NCBI GenBank assembly: GCA_041166405.1
Contig: JBEEFV010000013.1
Location: forward strand, 21,927 to 85,926
Direction of reading: 5' to 3'
Length of the DNA: 64,000 bases
DNA from: Actinomycetota bacterium
GTDB lineage: Bacteria; Actinomycetota; Acidimicrobiia; Acidimicrobiales; JACCXE01
Shown here one piece after another: positions 34,950 through 43,500 of this stretch. How positions within the stretch are numbered: the first letter of the stretch is position 1; the number at the start of each line of letters is the position of its first letter. The position numbers and the translations under genes were made by a program. The notes below the pieces were generated by a model. That model was not told where the DNA came from, did not search any database, and was given only the letters and a program-made list of their open reading frames with translations.

Positions 34950-37891
34950 GAGATTCCTCCAGAACGATTGATGGCTTCTTCGCTCGTACCGAGGTACGAC
35001 GCGACGACTTGTGGGTGTTCGAGTACGGCGCTCGCTTCGCCGCGGGTAACGACGGCGCCGAGTTCGAGGGCGAGCAGTTCGTCCGACACGGCTTGGATCA
35101 GCGGCATGTCGTGCTCGATGACGAGCAACGAGCAGCCCGTCTCGTAGCGGATGCGGCTGAGCAGCGGGCCCAGCTCCTCGGCTTCCTTCTGCGCGATGCC
35201 GGACGACGGTTCGTCGAGCAGGAGTACCTGCGGCTCGGCCGCCATGACGCAGGCCATGTCGACGATGCGGCGTTGACCGGTCGACAGCTCGCGGACGAAC
35301 TTGTCGCGTGCGACTCCGAGGGCGAACAGCTCGATCAGACGGTCGACGCGTTCGCTGACCTTCGCCTCGGCGCGGCGCACGTTCGGCAGGCGCAGCGCGC
35401 CGGCGGCGACGCTGCGCACTTCGAGGTGACGCTCGAGCGCGATGGCGATGTTTTCCTTCACCGTCAGCGACGGGAACAGGCGCGCGTCCTGGAACGAGCG
35501 CAGCAGCCCGTGGTTGACGCGCTGGTCGGGCGTCAGGTCGGTGATGTCTTCGCCGAGCAATTCGATCGTGCCTGCGGTCGGCGGCACGAAGCCCGAGATG
35601 ATGTCGAAGAGCGTGGTCTTGCCCGCCCCGTTCGGACCGATGATCCCGAGCGCCGTGCCCTGGTCGAGGGTGAAGCTGACGTCGTTGACGGCGCGGATGC
35701 CGCCGAAGTGCACGCTCACGTTTCGCACGTCGAGCGCTTTCGCGGCGTGCGCGTCGACCGCCGCGGTCTCGTACGTGCGCACGGCGATACGGCCTCGGCC
35801 CACGCCGGATCCCTTGAGGTACACCGAGCGCAGGATGTCGGGCCGGCGCAGCAACTCGGCGGTCGAGCCCGTGAACTTCACTTCGCCCTTCTCCATGAAC
35901 ACGGCACGCTTGGCAAGCGTCAGCGCGACGTTGACCGACTGCTCGACCAGGATGATCGTCGTGCCCTGCGCGGCGATGGCGCGCACGATCTCGAGAAGTT
36001 GCTCGACCACGACGGGCGCGAGACCGAGCGACAGCTCGTCGATGATCAACAGCCGAGGCCGCGCCAGGAACGCTTGGGCGAGCGTGAGCATCTGCTGCTC
36101 ACCGCCCGACAGGTTCGACGCGTCGTCACCGGACCGCTCACGCAGGATCGGGAAGTAACCGAACACGACCTCGTGGTCCACGGGCTCGTCGCCGTCGCGC
36201 CGCGCGAACGACGCCATCTTGAGGTTCTCGGCAACGGTGAGGCCGCCGAAGACGCCCTTGCCTCCGGGCACGACGGAGATGCCGCGCGTGACGTGTTCGT
36301 GCGGCGGCAGATACGTGATGTCCTCGCCGTCGTAGAAGATGGCGCCGTTGCTTGGAGCGGTGATCCCGCCGATGGCGCGCAGCAACGTCGACTTGCCGGC
36401 GCCGTTCGTCCCGAGCAGCGCCACGATCTCGCCCTCGTCGACTTCGAAGTCGACGTTGAACAGCACCTGCCCGGTCCCGTACTTCACGTCGACGTCACGG
36501 CACACCAGCAACTTCGCCTGGCCGCTCGCCTTGGCGTCGCGCGACACCTGCGCCGCCATGGCGGCGGCGAGCGCGGCGCGGATGTCGGCCTCGACGCTGG
36601 CGCCACCCGACATGAGGATGAAGGCACCGATCAGGAAGATCGGTGTGAGCACGAGAATGCCGCCGCGCAAACCGAAGTGGTCACCGATTGCACCGGCGAT
36701 CGCGAAGATCACGTAGCCGGGCACGATCGCCAGTACGCCGATCGCCAACGCCAGGCCGCGCACGCGCGCGGGGATCACGACGGTGATCAGCGCCTGCGTG
36801 GCGGGGCCGAGGACGTAGGCCGTGAACGAGAAGACGCAAGCGAACAACACCGCCATCGGCAGCACCGGCGAGATAGCGACGAGCGCGCACGACAGGCCCG
36901 ACACCACGGCCATGCCGCCGGCGTAGGAGATGACGCGTCCCGGTCGCTCCGACATCAAGCGCGATGCGATCGACGAACTGACGAGCAGGCCGAGCATGGC
37001 CGCGCCCTGGCTGAGCCCGACGATGACGCCGCGGCCGCCAGGCCCGACGTGGAACACGTCGTCGAAGAACAGCGAGAACAGCGTCAGGATCGCCAGGCCG
37101 GGGCCGACGAGGAACGGGAGGGCGTACAGAATGCGCCGCAGCGTGCGGACGTTCCAGGCGACGCGGAACGCCTCGCCCACCGACGGCGGTCGCTCCTCCA
37201 CGAGCGCGTCCTCTTCGCTCGCACCTTGCAGGCGACGCTCCCACGCGCCGCGTACGGGCTCACGCAGACGCGCCGCGGCAACAGCGAGGATGATCGCCGG
37301 GACCGCGAGCACGATGAACACGAGTTGCCACGGCGCGAACGACGCGATGAACCCCGCCAGCACCGGGCCGAGCGCGCCGCCGGCGAGCATCGCGAACTGG
37401 CGGTACGCGAACACACTGGCGCGGGCGTCCGGCGGGTAGTAGTCGGCGAGTAGCGACGAGTGCGCAGGCGCGAATGCTTGGCCGGCGCCCGAGCCGACGC
37501 GCATCAAGGTGAACAACAGCAGCGTCGGCGCCAAGCCCGTGAAGATCCCGAACACGCCGATGGCAAGCGCGCCCACGGCGGTCAGGCGCGTGCGCGACCA
37601 GCGGTCCGACGCGATGCCCATCGGCACCGCGAGGACCAGTGTCAGGACACCGGTCAGCGCGACGAGGAACGTGACGCGGGTGACGTCGAGGCCGAAGTAG
37701 TCGCGGATCTCGGGCGTGAGCACGCCGAGCGCGCCCTTGTCCATCTCGTCGATGAGCACGATGGCGAACAGCACGACCATCGGCAACAGCGGCAAGCCTG
37801 CGAATTGCGCCAGCGCCCGCCGCATCTGGTTTCGGCTCTGGCCTGGTTCCGGTACGGAATCGAGACCAGTTCGCTCGAGGAGGTCGGTCAT
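34946..37891 (-). CDS. Triple-fusion protein: 12-TM MFS domain + LivF-like ABC ATPase + LivG-like ABC ATPase
   Basis: The ATG at 37891 has GGAGG 5 nt upstream. The MFS part spans approximately 36600-37800 and carries the motif A-like GIASDRWSRTRL. NBD1 spans approximately 35815-36511 (GTNGAGKSTLL, LSGGEQQML, LLIIDELSLGLAP, ...RSVYL). NBD2 spans approximately 34949-35737 (FGGIRAVNDVSF, GPNGAGKTTLF, LSTGQRRIV, LLLDEPSSG, VVASYLG). Confidence 0.85.
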   Translation of the reverse strand: MTDLLERTGLDSVPEPGQSRNQMRRALAQFAGLPLLPMVVLFAIVLIDEMDKGALGVLTPEIRDYFGLDVTRVTFLVALTGVLTLVLAVPMGIASDRWSRTRLTAVGALAIGVFGIFTGLAPTLLLFTLMRVGSGAGQAFAPAHSSLLADYYPPDARASVFAYRQFAMLAGGALGPVLAGFIASFAPWQLVFIVLAVPAIILAVAAARLREPVRGAWERRLQGASEEDALVEERPPSVGEAFRVAWNVRTLRRILYALPFLVGPGLAILTLFSLFFDDVFHVGPGGRGVIVGLSQGAAMLGLLVSSSIASRLMSERPGRVISYAGGMAVVSGLSCALVAISPVLPMAVLFACVFSFTAYVLGPATQALITVVIPARVRGLALAIGVLAIVPGYVIFAIAGAIGDHFGLRGGILVLTPIFLIGAFILMSGGASVEADIRAALAAAMAAQVSRDAKASGQAKLLVCRDVDVKYGTGQVLFNVDFEVDEGEIVALLGTNGAGKSTLLRAIGGITAPSNGAIFYDGEDITYLPPHEHVTRGISVVPGGKGVFGGLTVAENLKMASFARRDGDEPVDHEVVFGYFPILRERSGDDASNLSGGEQQMLTLAQAFLARPRLLIIDELSLGLAPVVVEQLLEIVRAIAAQGTTIILVEQSVNVALTLAKRAVFMEKGEVKFTGSTAELLRRPDILRSVYLKGSGVGRGRIAVRTYETAAVDAHAAKALDVRNVSVHFGGIRAVNDVSFTLDQGTALGIIGPNGAGKTTLFDIISGFVPPTAGTIELLGEDITDLTPDQRVNHGLLRSFQDARLFPSLTVKENIAIALERHLEVRSVAAGALRLPNVRRAEAKVSERVDRLIELFALGVARDKFVRELSTGQRRIVDMACVMAAEPQVLLLDEPSSGIAQKEAEELGPLLSRIRYETGCSLLVIEHDMPLIQAVSDELLALELGAVVTRGEASAVLEHPQVVASYLGTSEEAINRSGGIS

Positions 37892-40074
37892 CAGTACCTC
37901 CACCCAGGGCCGGACTGGCTGGCGCCGGTCGTGCGGATACGAGACGGCTGGCGGTAGTTGGCGCCGACGGGTTCCGGGTCGGCTTTCGGCGTGAGCGGCG
38001 CGCGGTCGACGACGCCCGCGGCGGCGGCGTAATCGGTCAGCAGGCTCGGCACCCAGATGCGGCGACGGATGGCGATACGACGCAGCACCGCATCACGCGC
38101 CGCGTACGCCATCGACCCGAGACCGCCCGGGAACGCGTACAGCACGATCAGCACGCCGAAGGCGCTCGCGAACAGGCGCCCGATGTCGCCGTGGATCGTG
38201 AAGTTGACGATGGCGAAATACAGCGCGCCGAGCAGCGCGCCCTGCACAGAACCGAGCCCGCCGATGACGGCGGTGAGAAAGATCTGCACGCTCGCTTCGG
38301 GGCCGAACGACTGGGCGTCGAGCGCGTGCTCGTGCGCCACGAACAAGACGCCGGCGGCCGACGCCATGAAGCCCGAGAGCGCGAACGTGAGCAGGCGCGT
38401 GCGCACGAGGTTGACGCCGTAGGACTGCGCGGCGCGTTCGTTGTCGCGCATGGCGATGAGCACGCGGCCCGTGCGCGACTTGCGCAGACCCGTTGCCGCG
38501 AACACGGCAAGCGCTAAACCGACCAGACACACGTAGTAGTACGCGCGGTTGTCGTCGGTCTTGATGAAGAGCATCACTGGGCGGCTGACGCTGCGCGGGG
38601 CGTACTTCCCGAGGTGCGACTGGTCGAGGATGATCGTGTTCGTGACGATGGCGAACGCCAGCGTCGTGACCGCGAGGTACAGCCCTCGAATGCGCAGCGC
38701 CGTGAGACCGAGAATCATCGCCACGACGGCGCCGGCGGACGCACCGGCGAACAGCGCGATCAGGAACGGCAGGTGCAGCTTCCCGATGCAGATACCGCCG
38801 ATGAGCGCACCGACACCGACGAGCGCGTACTGCCCAAGGCTCACTTGACCGCCCCAACCCGTCAGCATCACGAGGCTGATCACGACGATCCCGTCGATGA
38901 GCACGAGGCTGCCGAGGTTCACCTGGCTCGGCGACATCACCAACGGGAACGCGAGGACGACGACGACGAGGAGCCCGACGAACCGGCGCACACCCGTCTT
39001 CACGATGTTGAGGTTGGCCAACTCGGTGGGTATGGGCCTGACCTCTTCGGTCGCCGACCACGTCGAACTCGACGACTCGTCGGTGCGGCCCAGTCGCTTC
39101 CGCTGCACCAAGAAGCCGACGAGGATGACACCGAGCAGTACCGCGTTCACGACGGCGCTGTCGTGGTAGTGGTAGGACGACGCGTCGACGACGAACGAGA
39201 TGCCGACCGAGGCCGCGATCGTGAGCGGAAGGCTGTCCATGCCGGCGACGACACCGGCGGCCAACGCGATCAGCAGCGACACGCCAATGGTCGACGTCGC
39301 TGCATTGGGGCTGTAGCCGTAGATCGGGATCTGCAGCGCGGCGGCCAAGCCGGCCAGGAGTCCCGCGATCGTCCACACGATCGTCGACAGCGACCGCACG
39401 TTCACACCGAGCTCGCTCGCACGATCGCTGTTCTGCGCCGCGCCGCGCACCGCCACGCCGAGCTTCGTGTAGCGCAAGAACGCGCCGAGCCCGAGCAGCG
39501 CGGCGGACGCCAACACGAGCAACATCGCCCAGTCACCGCGGAACAGCGAGCCGCCCCAGTGGAACTTGGAGTTGAACAGCGGCGAGCGGAAGAACACCAC
39601 CGGGTCGTCCTTGTGGCCGATCCAACCGGGGAAGGCGCCCGAGATGCCGCCGAGCAATTGCGCGACGCCGAGCGTGACCACCGCCAGGATCAACCGCGCC
39701 GAGCGGAAGAACCGGCGGACGAACATCAGCTCGACCAACGCGCCTGCTGCACCCGCGGCCAGCACCGCCGCCGGCAGTGCGATCCAGTACGAGACGTCGA
39801 GCGACGCGGCGAGCCCGTAGAACAGGACGTAGGCGACGGCGAAGAATCCGCCGTGCGCGAAGTTGATGACGCGACTGGCGCGGTACACGAGAACCAGGCC
39901 GACGGCGAACAGCGCGTCGAGCAGCCCGACGGCTACGGACGTGAACAGGAGCGGCCACATGCGGCCGCGCGCGATAGGCGTGTGCTGGTGGATGATCGAG
40001 AGCGCCTCGACCGTCGCCAGCAGCACCAGCGCGAGCGCGACCGCCCCACCGCGCCGGAGCGCGTTCGAGTTCAC
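37891..40074 (-). CDS. Fused LivH-LivM-type branched-chain-amino-acid-family ABC permease
   Basis: The GTG at 40074 overlaps the upstream stop (GTGA). The first half is LivH-like (VLVYRASRVINFAHGGFFAV...RGAAQNSDRASELGVNV). The second half is LivM-like (LTGWGGQVSLGQYALVGVGA...GRVLIAMRDNERAAQSYGVN). The upstream 414 codons of the 1141-aa track ORF are read-through of another frame. Confidence 0.85.
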   Translation of the reverse strand: MNSNALRRGGAVALALVLLATVEALSIIHQHTPIARGRMWPLLFTSVAVGLLDALFAVGLVLVYRASRVINFAHGGFFAVAYVLFYGLAASLDVSYWIALPAAVLAAGAAGALVELMFVRRFFRSARLILAVVTLGVAQLLGGISGAFPGWIGHKDDPVVFFRSPLFNSKFHWGGSLFRGDWAMLLVLASAALLGLGAFLRYTKLGVAVRGAAQNSDRASELGVNVRSLSTIVWTIAGLLAGLAAALQIPIYGYSPNAATSTIGVSLLIALAAGVVAGMDSLPLTIAASVGISFVVDASSYHYHDSAVVNAVLLGVILVGFLVQRKRLGRTDESSSSTWSATEEVRPIPTELANLNIVKTGVRRFVGLLVVVVLAFPLVMSPSQVNLGSLVLIDGIVVISLVMLTGWGGQVSLGQYALVGVGALIGGICIGKLHLPFLIALFAGASAGAVVAMILGLTALRIRGLYLAVTTLAFAIVTNTIILDQSHLGKYAPRSVSRPVMLFIKTDDNRAYYYVCLVGLALAVFAATGLRKSRTGRVLIAMRDNERAAQSYGVNLVRTRLLTFALSGFMASAAGVLFVAHEHALDAQSFGPEASVQIFLTAVIGGLGSVQGALLGALYFAIVNFTIHGDIGRLFASAFGVLIVLYAFPGGLGSMAYAARDAVLRRIAIRRRIWVPSLLTDYAAAAGVVDRAPLTPKADPEPVGANYRQPSRIRTTGASQSGPGWRY

Positions 40075-41117
40075 TGGCCCGTCACCGTCGTCACGAGTTC
40101 GCCCAACGTGTGCACGCGCACGGTGCCGCGCCGGCCGGGCTTCTTGATAACGACAGCATTTGGCGCAGGCGCCAAGTCGAGGCTGAGCGTGAGGTCGCCG
40201 CGATCGATGCTCGTCAGTTGCTGGCGCAGCTTCACTTCGAAGCGTTTCAAGTCGCCGTGCGTGTCGAGCCAGAACTTGGCTGGGAAGACGCGGCGGGTGA
40301 CCGCATTGGCTTTGAACTCTTTGTCGAGCACTTTGCGCGCGTGTTCGCTCAGGCCCCGCTCCGCTTTGTCGCGGCTGACATTGGCGTCGTAGCGCACGAG
40401 GCTCTCGCGCTCGGCGCCGCGCCGTTCGATGCTGCCGGTCAGCACACCCTTGGTGAGGCGCAACAGGTCGACGGGATTGACGGCGATGCTGCCGGCGTGC
40501 TTGGTCTTGTCGTGATCGGCGATGCCCGCGTAGTCGAACGCCGCCCATTCGCGCACGATCTGCACGCGGCGGCGCAGCAACGACGGTGCGGCCGTGGTGC
40601 TGGTCGTCGTGGTCGTCGGCAGCGTGAAGTTCGGTGATGCGATCGACGAACTCGTCGTGGCGCCGGTCGTCGCTGGCTCGGGCGCGGGCACGAGCTGGCT
40701 GCTGTACTCCGCGGCGAGTGCGTTGAAGTTGCTGGGCACACTCGCCGTGAGACGGTTGCCGGCGACCTGCACCGACTTCGCCGCGATGCGCTGGTAGATC
40801 GCGCCACCGGCGAACAAGATCGCCGGTTTCCCGCTGGGAGTGTTCGTGCCGACTTCTGCCGTCCGCGCGGGAGCGTTGATCACGACGCCGATCTCGTTGA
40901 CATGCTCCGGCGCGATGCGCGCCGGGCCCGGAGCGATCGGCTTGTCGGACTTCACGATTTGCACGCGCGCTTCGAGGACACCGGTGACCGACGGTGCCTT
41001 CAGCAAACGCTCGCCGGCGTGGACGATGCGCGTCGCTTGCGCGTCGCGCTCGCCGAGCCCGCACGCGCCACTCACGACGGCGACCACCAACACCAGGCCG
41101 ATGCACGTGCGGGTCAT
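40071..41117 (-). CDS. Hypothetical two-domain lipoprotein embedded in the ABC transporter gene set
   Basis: The ATG overlaps the SBP stop (ATGA). The signal and lipobox read MTRTCIGLVLVVAVVSGAC. A Thr/Ser/Pro-rich linker (PAPEPATTGATTSSSIASPNFTLPTTTTTSTTAAPS) sits between two halves. I recognised no family. Confidence 0.7.
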   Translation of the reverse strand: MTRTCIGLVLVVAVVSGACGLGERDAQATRIVHAGERLLKAPSVTGVLEARVQIVKSDKPIAPGPARIAPEHVNEIGVVINAPARTAEVGTNTPSGKPAILFAGGAIYQRIAAKSVQVAGNRLTASVPSNFNALAAEYSSQLVPAPEPATTGATTSSSIASPNFTLPTTTTTSTTAAPSLLRRRVQIVREWAAFDYAGIADHDKTKHAGSIAVNPVDLLRLTKGVLTGSIERRGAERESLVRYDANVSRDKAERGLSEHARKVLDKEFKANAVTRRVFPAKFWLDTHGDLKRFEVKLRQQLTSIDRGDLTLSLDLAPAPNAVVIKKPGRRGTVRVHTLGELVTTVTGQ

Positions 41118-42775
41118 ACCGGCGCCAGCGAGATGCTCGACGGTTTGTTGTCGAAGACGTCAGGGTCTTCGGAGGGCCACTGGTCGTACGTGTAGCGCTG
41201 CCCGCCGCGCACCCAGCGGTACGTGCCCTTCTGACCGTCCGAACCCATGGCGTTGCGGTCCCACCAGATCTCGGCGGCCCAGTCGGGGTACGTGTGGTCG
41301 TTGATGTCGTACCCACCGGCCATGTGCCACGGCGGGTTCGGCGACAGCTTCGGCTGCTTGACGAGCGCCGACTTCAGCGATTCCGCACTGAGTTTCGGTC
41401 CGGCGTTCTGCATGGCGCCGAACAGCTGCACCATGTCGCCCCACATGTACGTGCACATGCCGCTATCGGGGTCGTTGCTCGGGTCGATCTCGTGGTACGC
41501 CTTGTAGCACTCGGTCTCTTCGTCGGGCTTCGGGATCTCGTAGAGCGAGAAGCCGAACGCGTGGCTCCACTCGTCCTGGTCGTAGTCACGCGCGATGTGC
41601 CCCGTGTCGACGCCACCGAAGCCGGGGATGAACCACTCGGGGAAGTAGTTGTCGGACTTTGCGATCTGCGTGAAGGGCACGGCGCTGATGAGGTCGCCGA
41701 GATAGAAGATCGTTGTGACCTGCGCGGTCTGCATGGTGCCGATGGCCGACGCCAGCCCCTGGACGTTGTCCTTGGCGAGGTCGTACGTCACCACGGGGTC
41801 GATGTCGACGTTGCACTCGGACTTGAGCAGCGCCTTGATGGTCGGGCCCGGGTTGTCGTAGGCCGGCAGGTTGTAGACGATGGCGCCGACCTTGCGCACC
41901 TTCTTGAGCGACAGTGTCGGATCGTCGGTGAACTTCGGCGGCTTGCCGGCGAGCTTCTTGCAGTAGTACTCGGCGCCGAGACGGATGTCCTGGCTGCCCG
42001 ACGGCGTGAAACTCCAGAGGTACGGGTCGTGATCGGCGAACCACTTCTCCGGGGTCTGCGCCTGCGTGAAGTGCAGGATGCCGCGCTTGGCGAGTTCGTC
42101 CGACGCCGCGGGGTTCGTCTCCTGCACGGCGGCGAAGCAGTGATCGGTGTCCTTCGCCTTGTCGGCCCGCGCGCGCGCCTGCGCGTCGTCCTGCTTCGAG
42201 TTGTCGTTCGTCGGATAGAAGAAGTGCAGCTGCCGCCCGTAGAACTGGTAGCGCGAGTTGAAGTAGTCGCGCAGCACTTTGTAGGTGCGCATGTTCGCCG
42301 AGTCGTTCGGCGCGACCGGGCCCTTCATCTCGCCGTCGCTGCTGACGGTGCCCGTCAACTCCGCGAGGTAACAGACGTTGATCGAGTCCGCGGTGACGCC
42401 GAACGCCGTCGCCCCACCGTTGTCGCCGGTGAAGGCCGGCGCGCACGGCGGCGAGTAGATCGACTCGATCTGGCGCGGCGGGTCACCGAAGCCGTACGGG
42501 CATGCCGACGACCTCTTGTTCTTCTTCGGCGGGATCGTCGTGGTCGGTTCGGGCTCGACGCCCGCGGCGGTGCCGCTGCGCGCCGAGTTGAACGACGAGA
42601 ACACCGACGGCTGGTTCTTGTCGGGCGGGGCATCGGGCGAGAACGCGCTCGACGTCTGGGGCTGGTCCTGCGGCGGCCGCAGCACGGACGGCAGGATCAT
42701 CAACCCGAGGATGAGCGCGAGCGCACCGGCCAGCGCGGGCGCCAGCCGATCACTGCGCTTCGGACCGCGCCCCAC
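41114..42775 (-). CDS. Membrane-anchored ABC substrate-binding protein (divergent type-1 periplasmic-binding fold, LivK-like)
   Basis: The start is GTG. The N-terminal anchor is LAPALAGALALILGLMILPSVL, followed by a low-complexity linker. The body is about 440 aa with an alternating beta-alpha pattern and conserved Cys pairs. The position immediately upstream of the Liv-type permease and ATPases supports the call. The fold assignment is inferred. Confidence 0.65.
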   Translation of the reverse strand: MGRGPKRSDRLAPALAGALALILGLMILPSVLRPPQDQPQTSSAFSPDAPPDKNQPSVFSSFNSARSGTAAGVEPEPTTTIPPKKNKRSSACPYGFGDPPRQIESIYSPPCAPAFTGDNGGATAFGVTADSINVCYLAELTGTVSSDGEMKGPVAPNDSANMRTYKVLRDYFNSRYQFYGRQLHFFYPTNDNSKQDDAQARARADKAKDTDHCFAAVQETNPAASDELAKRGILHFTQAQTPEKWFADHDPYLWSFTPSGSQDIRLGAEYYCKKLAGKPPKFTDDPTLSLKKVRKVGAIVYNLPAYDNPGPTIKALLKSECNVDIDPVVTYDLAKDNVQGLASAIGTMQTAQVTTIFYLGDLISAVPFTQIAKSDNYFPEWFIPGFGGVDTGHIARDYDQDEWSHAFGFSLYEIPKPDEETECYKAYHEIDPSNDPDSGMCTYMWGDMVQLFGAMQNAGPKLSAESLKSALVKQPKLSPNPPWHMAGGYDINDHTYPDWAAEIWWDRNAMGSDGQKGTYRWVRGGQRYTYDQWPSEDPDVFDNKPSSISLAPV

Positions 42776-42870
42776 AGATCGAACACTCGTTATTGCAGGT
42801 CCCCCAACCGGTAATTCAGAAATCTGACGCTACTCTCAGGTTCGGGCACTGGTCAACGCGGGCAGGCAAG

Positions 42871-43500
42871 ATGCGCGTTATGGACAAGTCGCAGATCTGG
42901 GCCACCATCCACGCCGAACGCAAGGCGCTCGCGGCCGACCTCGAAGGCCTCACCGAGCAGCAGTGGGCGACCCCGTCGTTGTGCACTGGTTGGACCGTAC
43001 GAGACGTGCTCGCCCACATGACAGGTACAGCGGAAAAGACGACGCTCAACTTCTTCCCAAGTCTCGTCGCCAACGGTTTTTCGCTGTCGAAGCTCCAGAA
43101 CAAGGACATCAAACGCGTCGAGGCAACGGGCGACGTGCTCGGCGCGTTCAAGGGCGCGATGGGCAAGTCGACATCGCCCCCCGGCCCGACGATGACGTGG
43201 CTCGGCGAGACCCTCGTGCACGGCGACGACATCCGTCGGCCGCTCGGCATCACCTACGACTATCCCGCTGACGCCGCCGCCGCGGTCGCGGATTCCTACA
43301 AGGCGACGAACCTCGTCATGGGGTCGAAGAGGCGCATCGCCGGCGTGAAACTCGTCGCCACGGACACCGACTGGTCACACGGCGACGGACCCGAAGTGCG
43401 CGGACCGATGATGGCCCTGCTGATGGCGATGGCGGGCCGCGCCGCGGCGATGAGCGACCTGTCCGGCGAAGGCGCGCAGACGCTCAGCGCGCAGCTGTAG
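42871..43500 (+). CDS. DinB/MDMPI-family (mycothiol-dependent maleylpyruvate isomerase N-terminal domain) protein
   Basis: The sequence shows ERKALAADLEGLTEQQWATPSLCTGWTVRDVLAHMTG. The start is the ATG at 42871 or 42880. Confidence 0.75.
   Translation: MRVMDKSQIWATIHAERKALAADLEGLTEQQWATPSLCTGWTVRDVLAHMTGTAEKTTLNFFPSLVANGFSLSKLQNKDIKRVEATGDVLGAFKGAMGKSTSPPGPTMTWLGETLVHGDDIRRPLGITYDYPADAAAAVADSYKATNLVMGSKRRIAGVKLVATDTDWSHGDGPEVRGPMMALLMAMAGRAAAMSDLSGEGAQTLSAQL

Noticed and set aside
35009-37453. An 814-aa plus-strand ORF, with similar long plus-strand ORFs at 38614-40392, 40994-42814 and 29400-30731, all lying opposite the big minus-strand operon.
   Set aside because: All are antisense to CDSs with strong family motifs (Walker A/B, LivH/M, MoxR and others). 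Their translations are dominated by R, D, E, G, A and H runs without TM or domain signatures. They are expected artefacts of high GC content, which leaves few stop codons.
37891-41316. Over-long track ORFs suggesting giant proteins: 1141 aa at 37891-41316, 688 aa at 12767-14833, 591 aa at 21440-23215 and 824 aa at 6235-8709.
   Set aside because: The N-terminal portions are Arg/Pro-rich read-through that overlaps a different, well-supported gene in another frame. Internal starts with an RBS or a start/stop overlap give proteins whose N-termini match family expectations (signal peptides, MDFDLPQ..., MTAVIHK..., VNSNALRRGG...).
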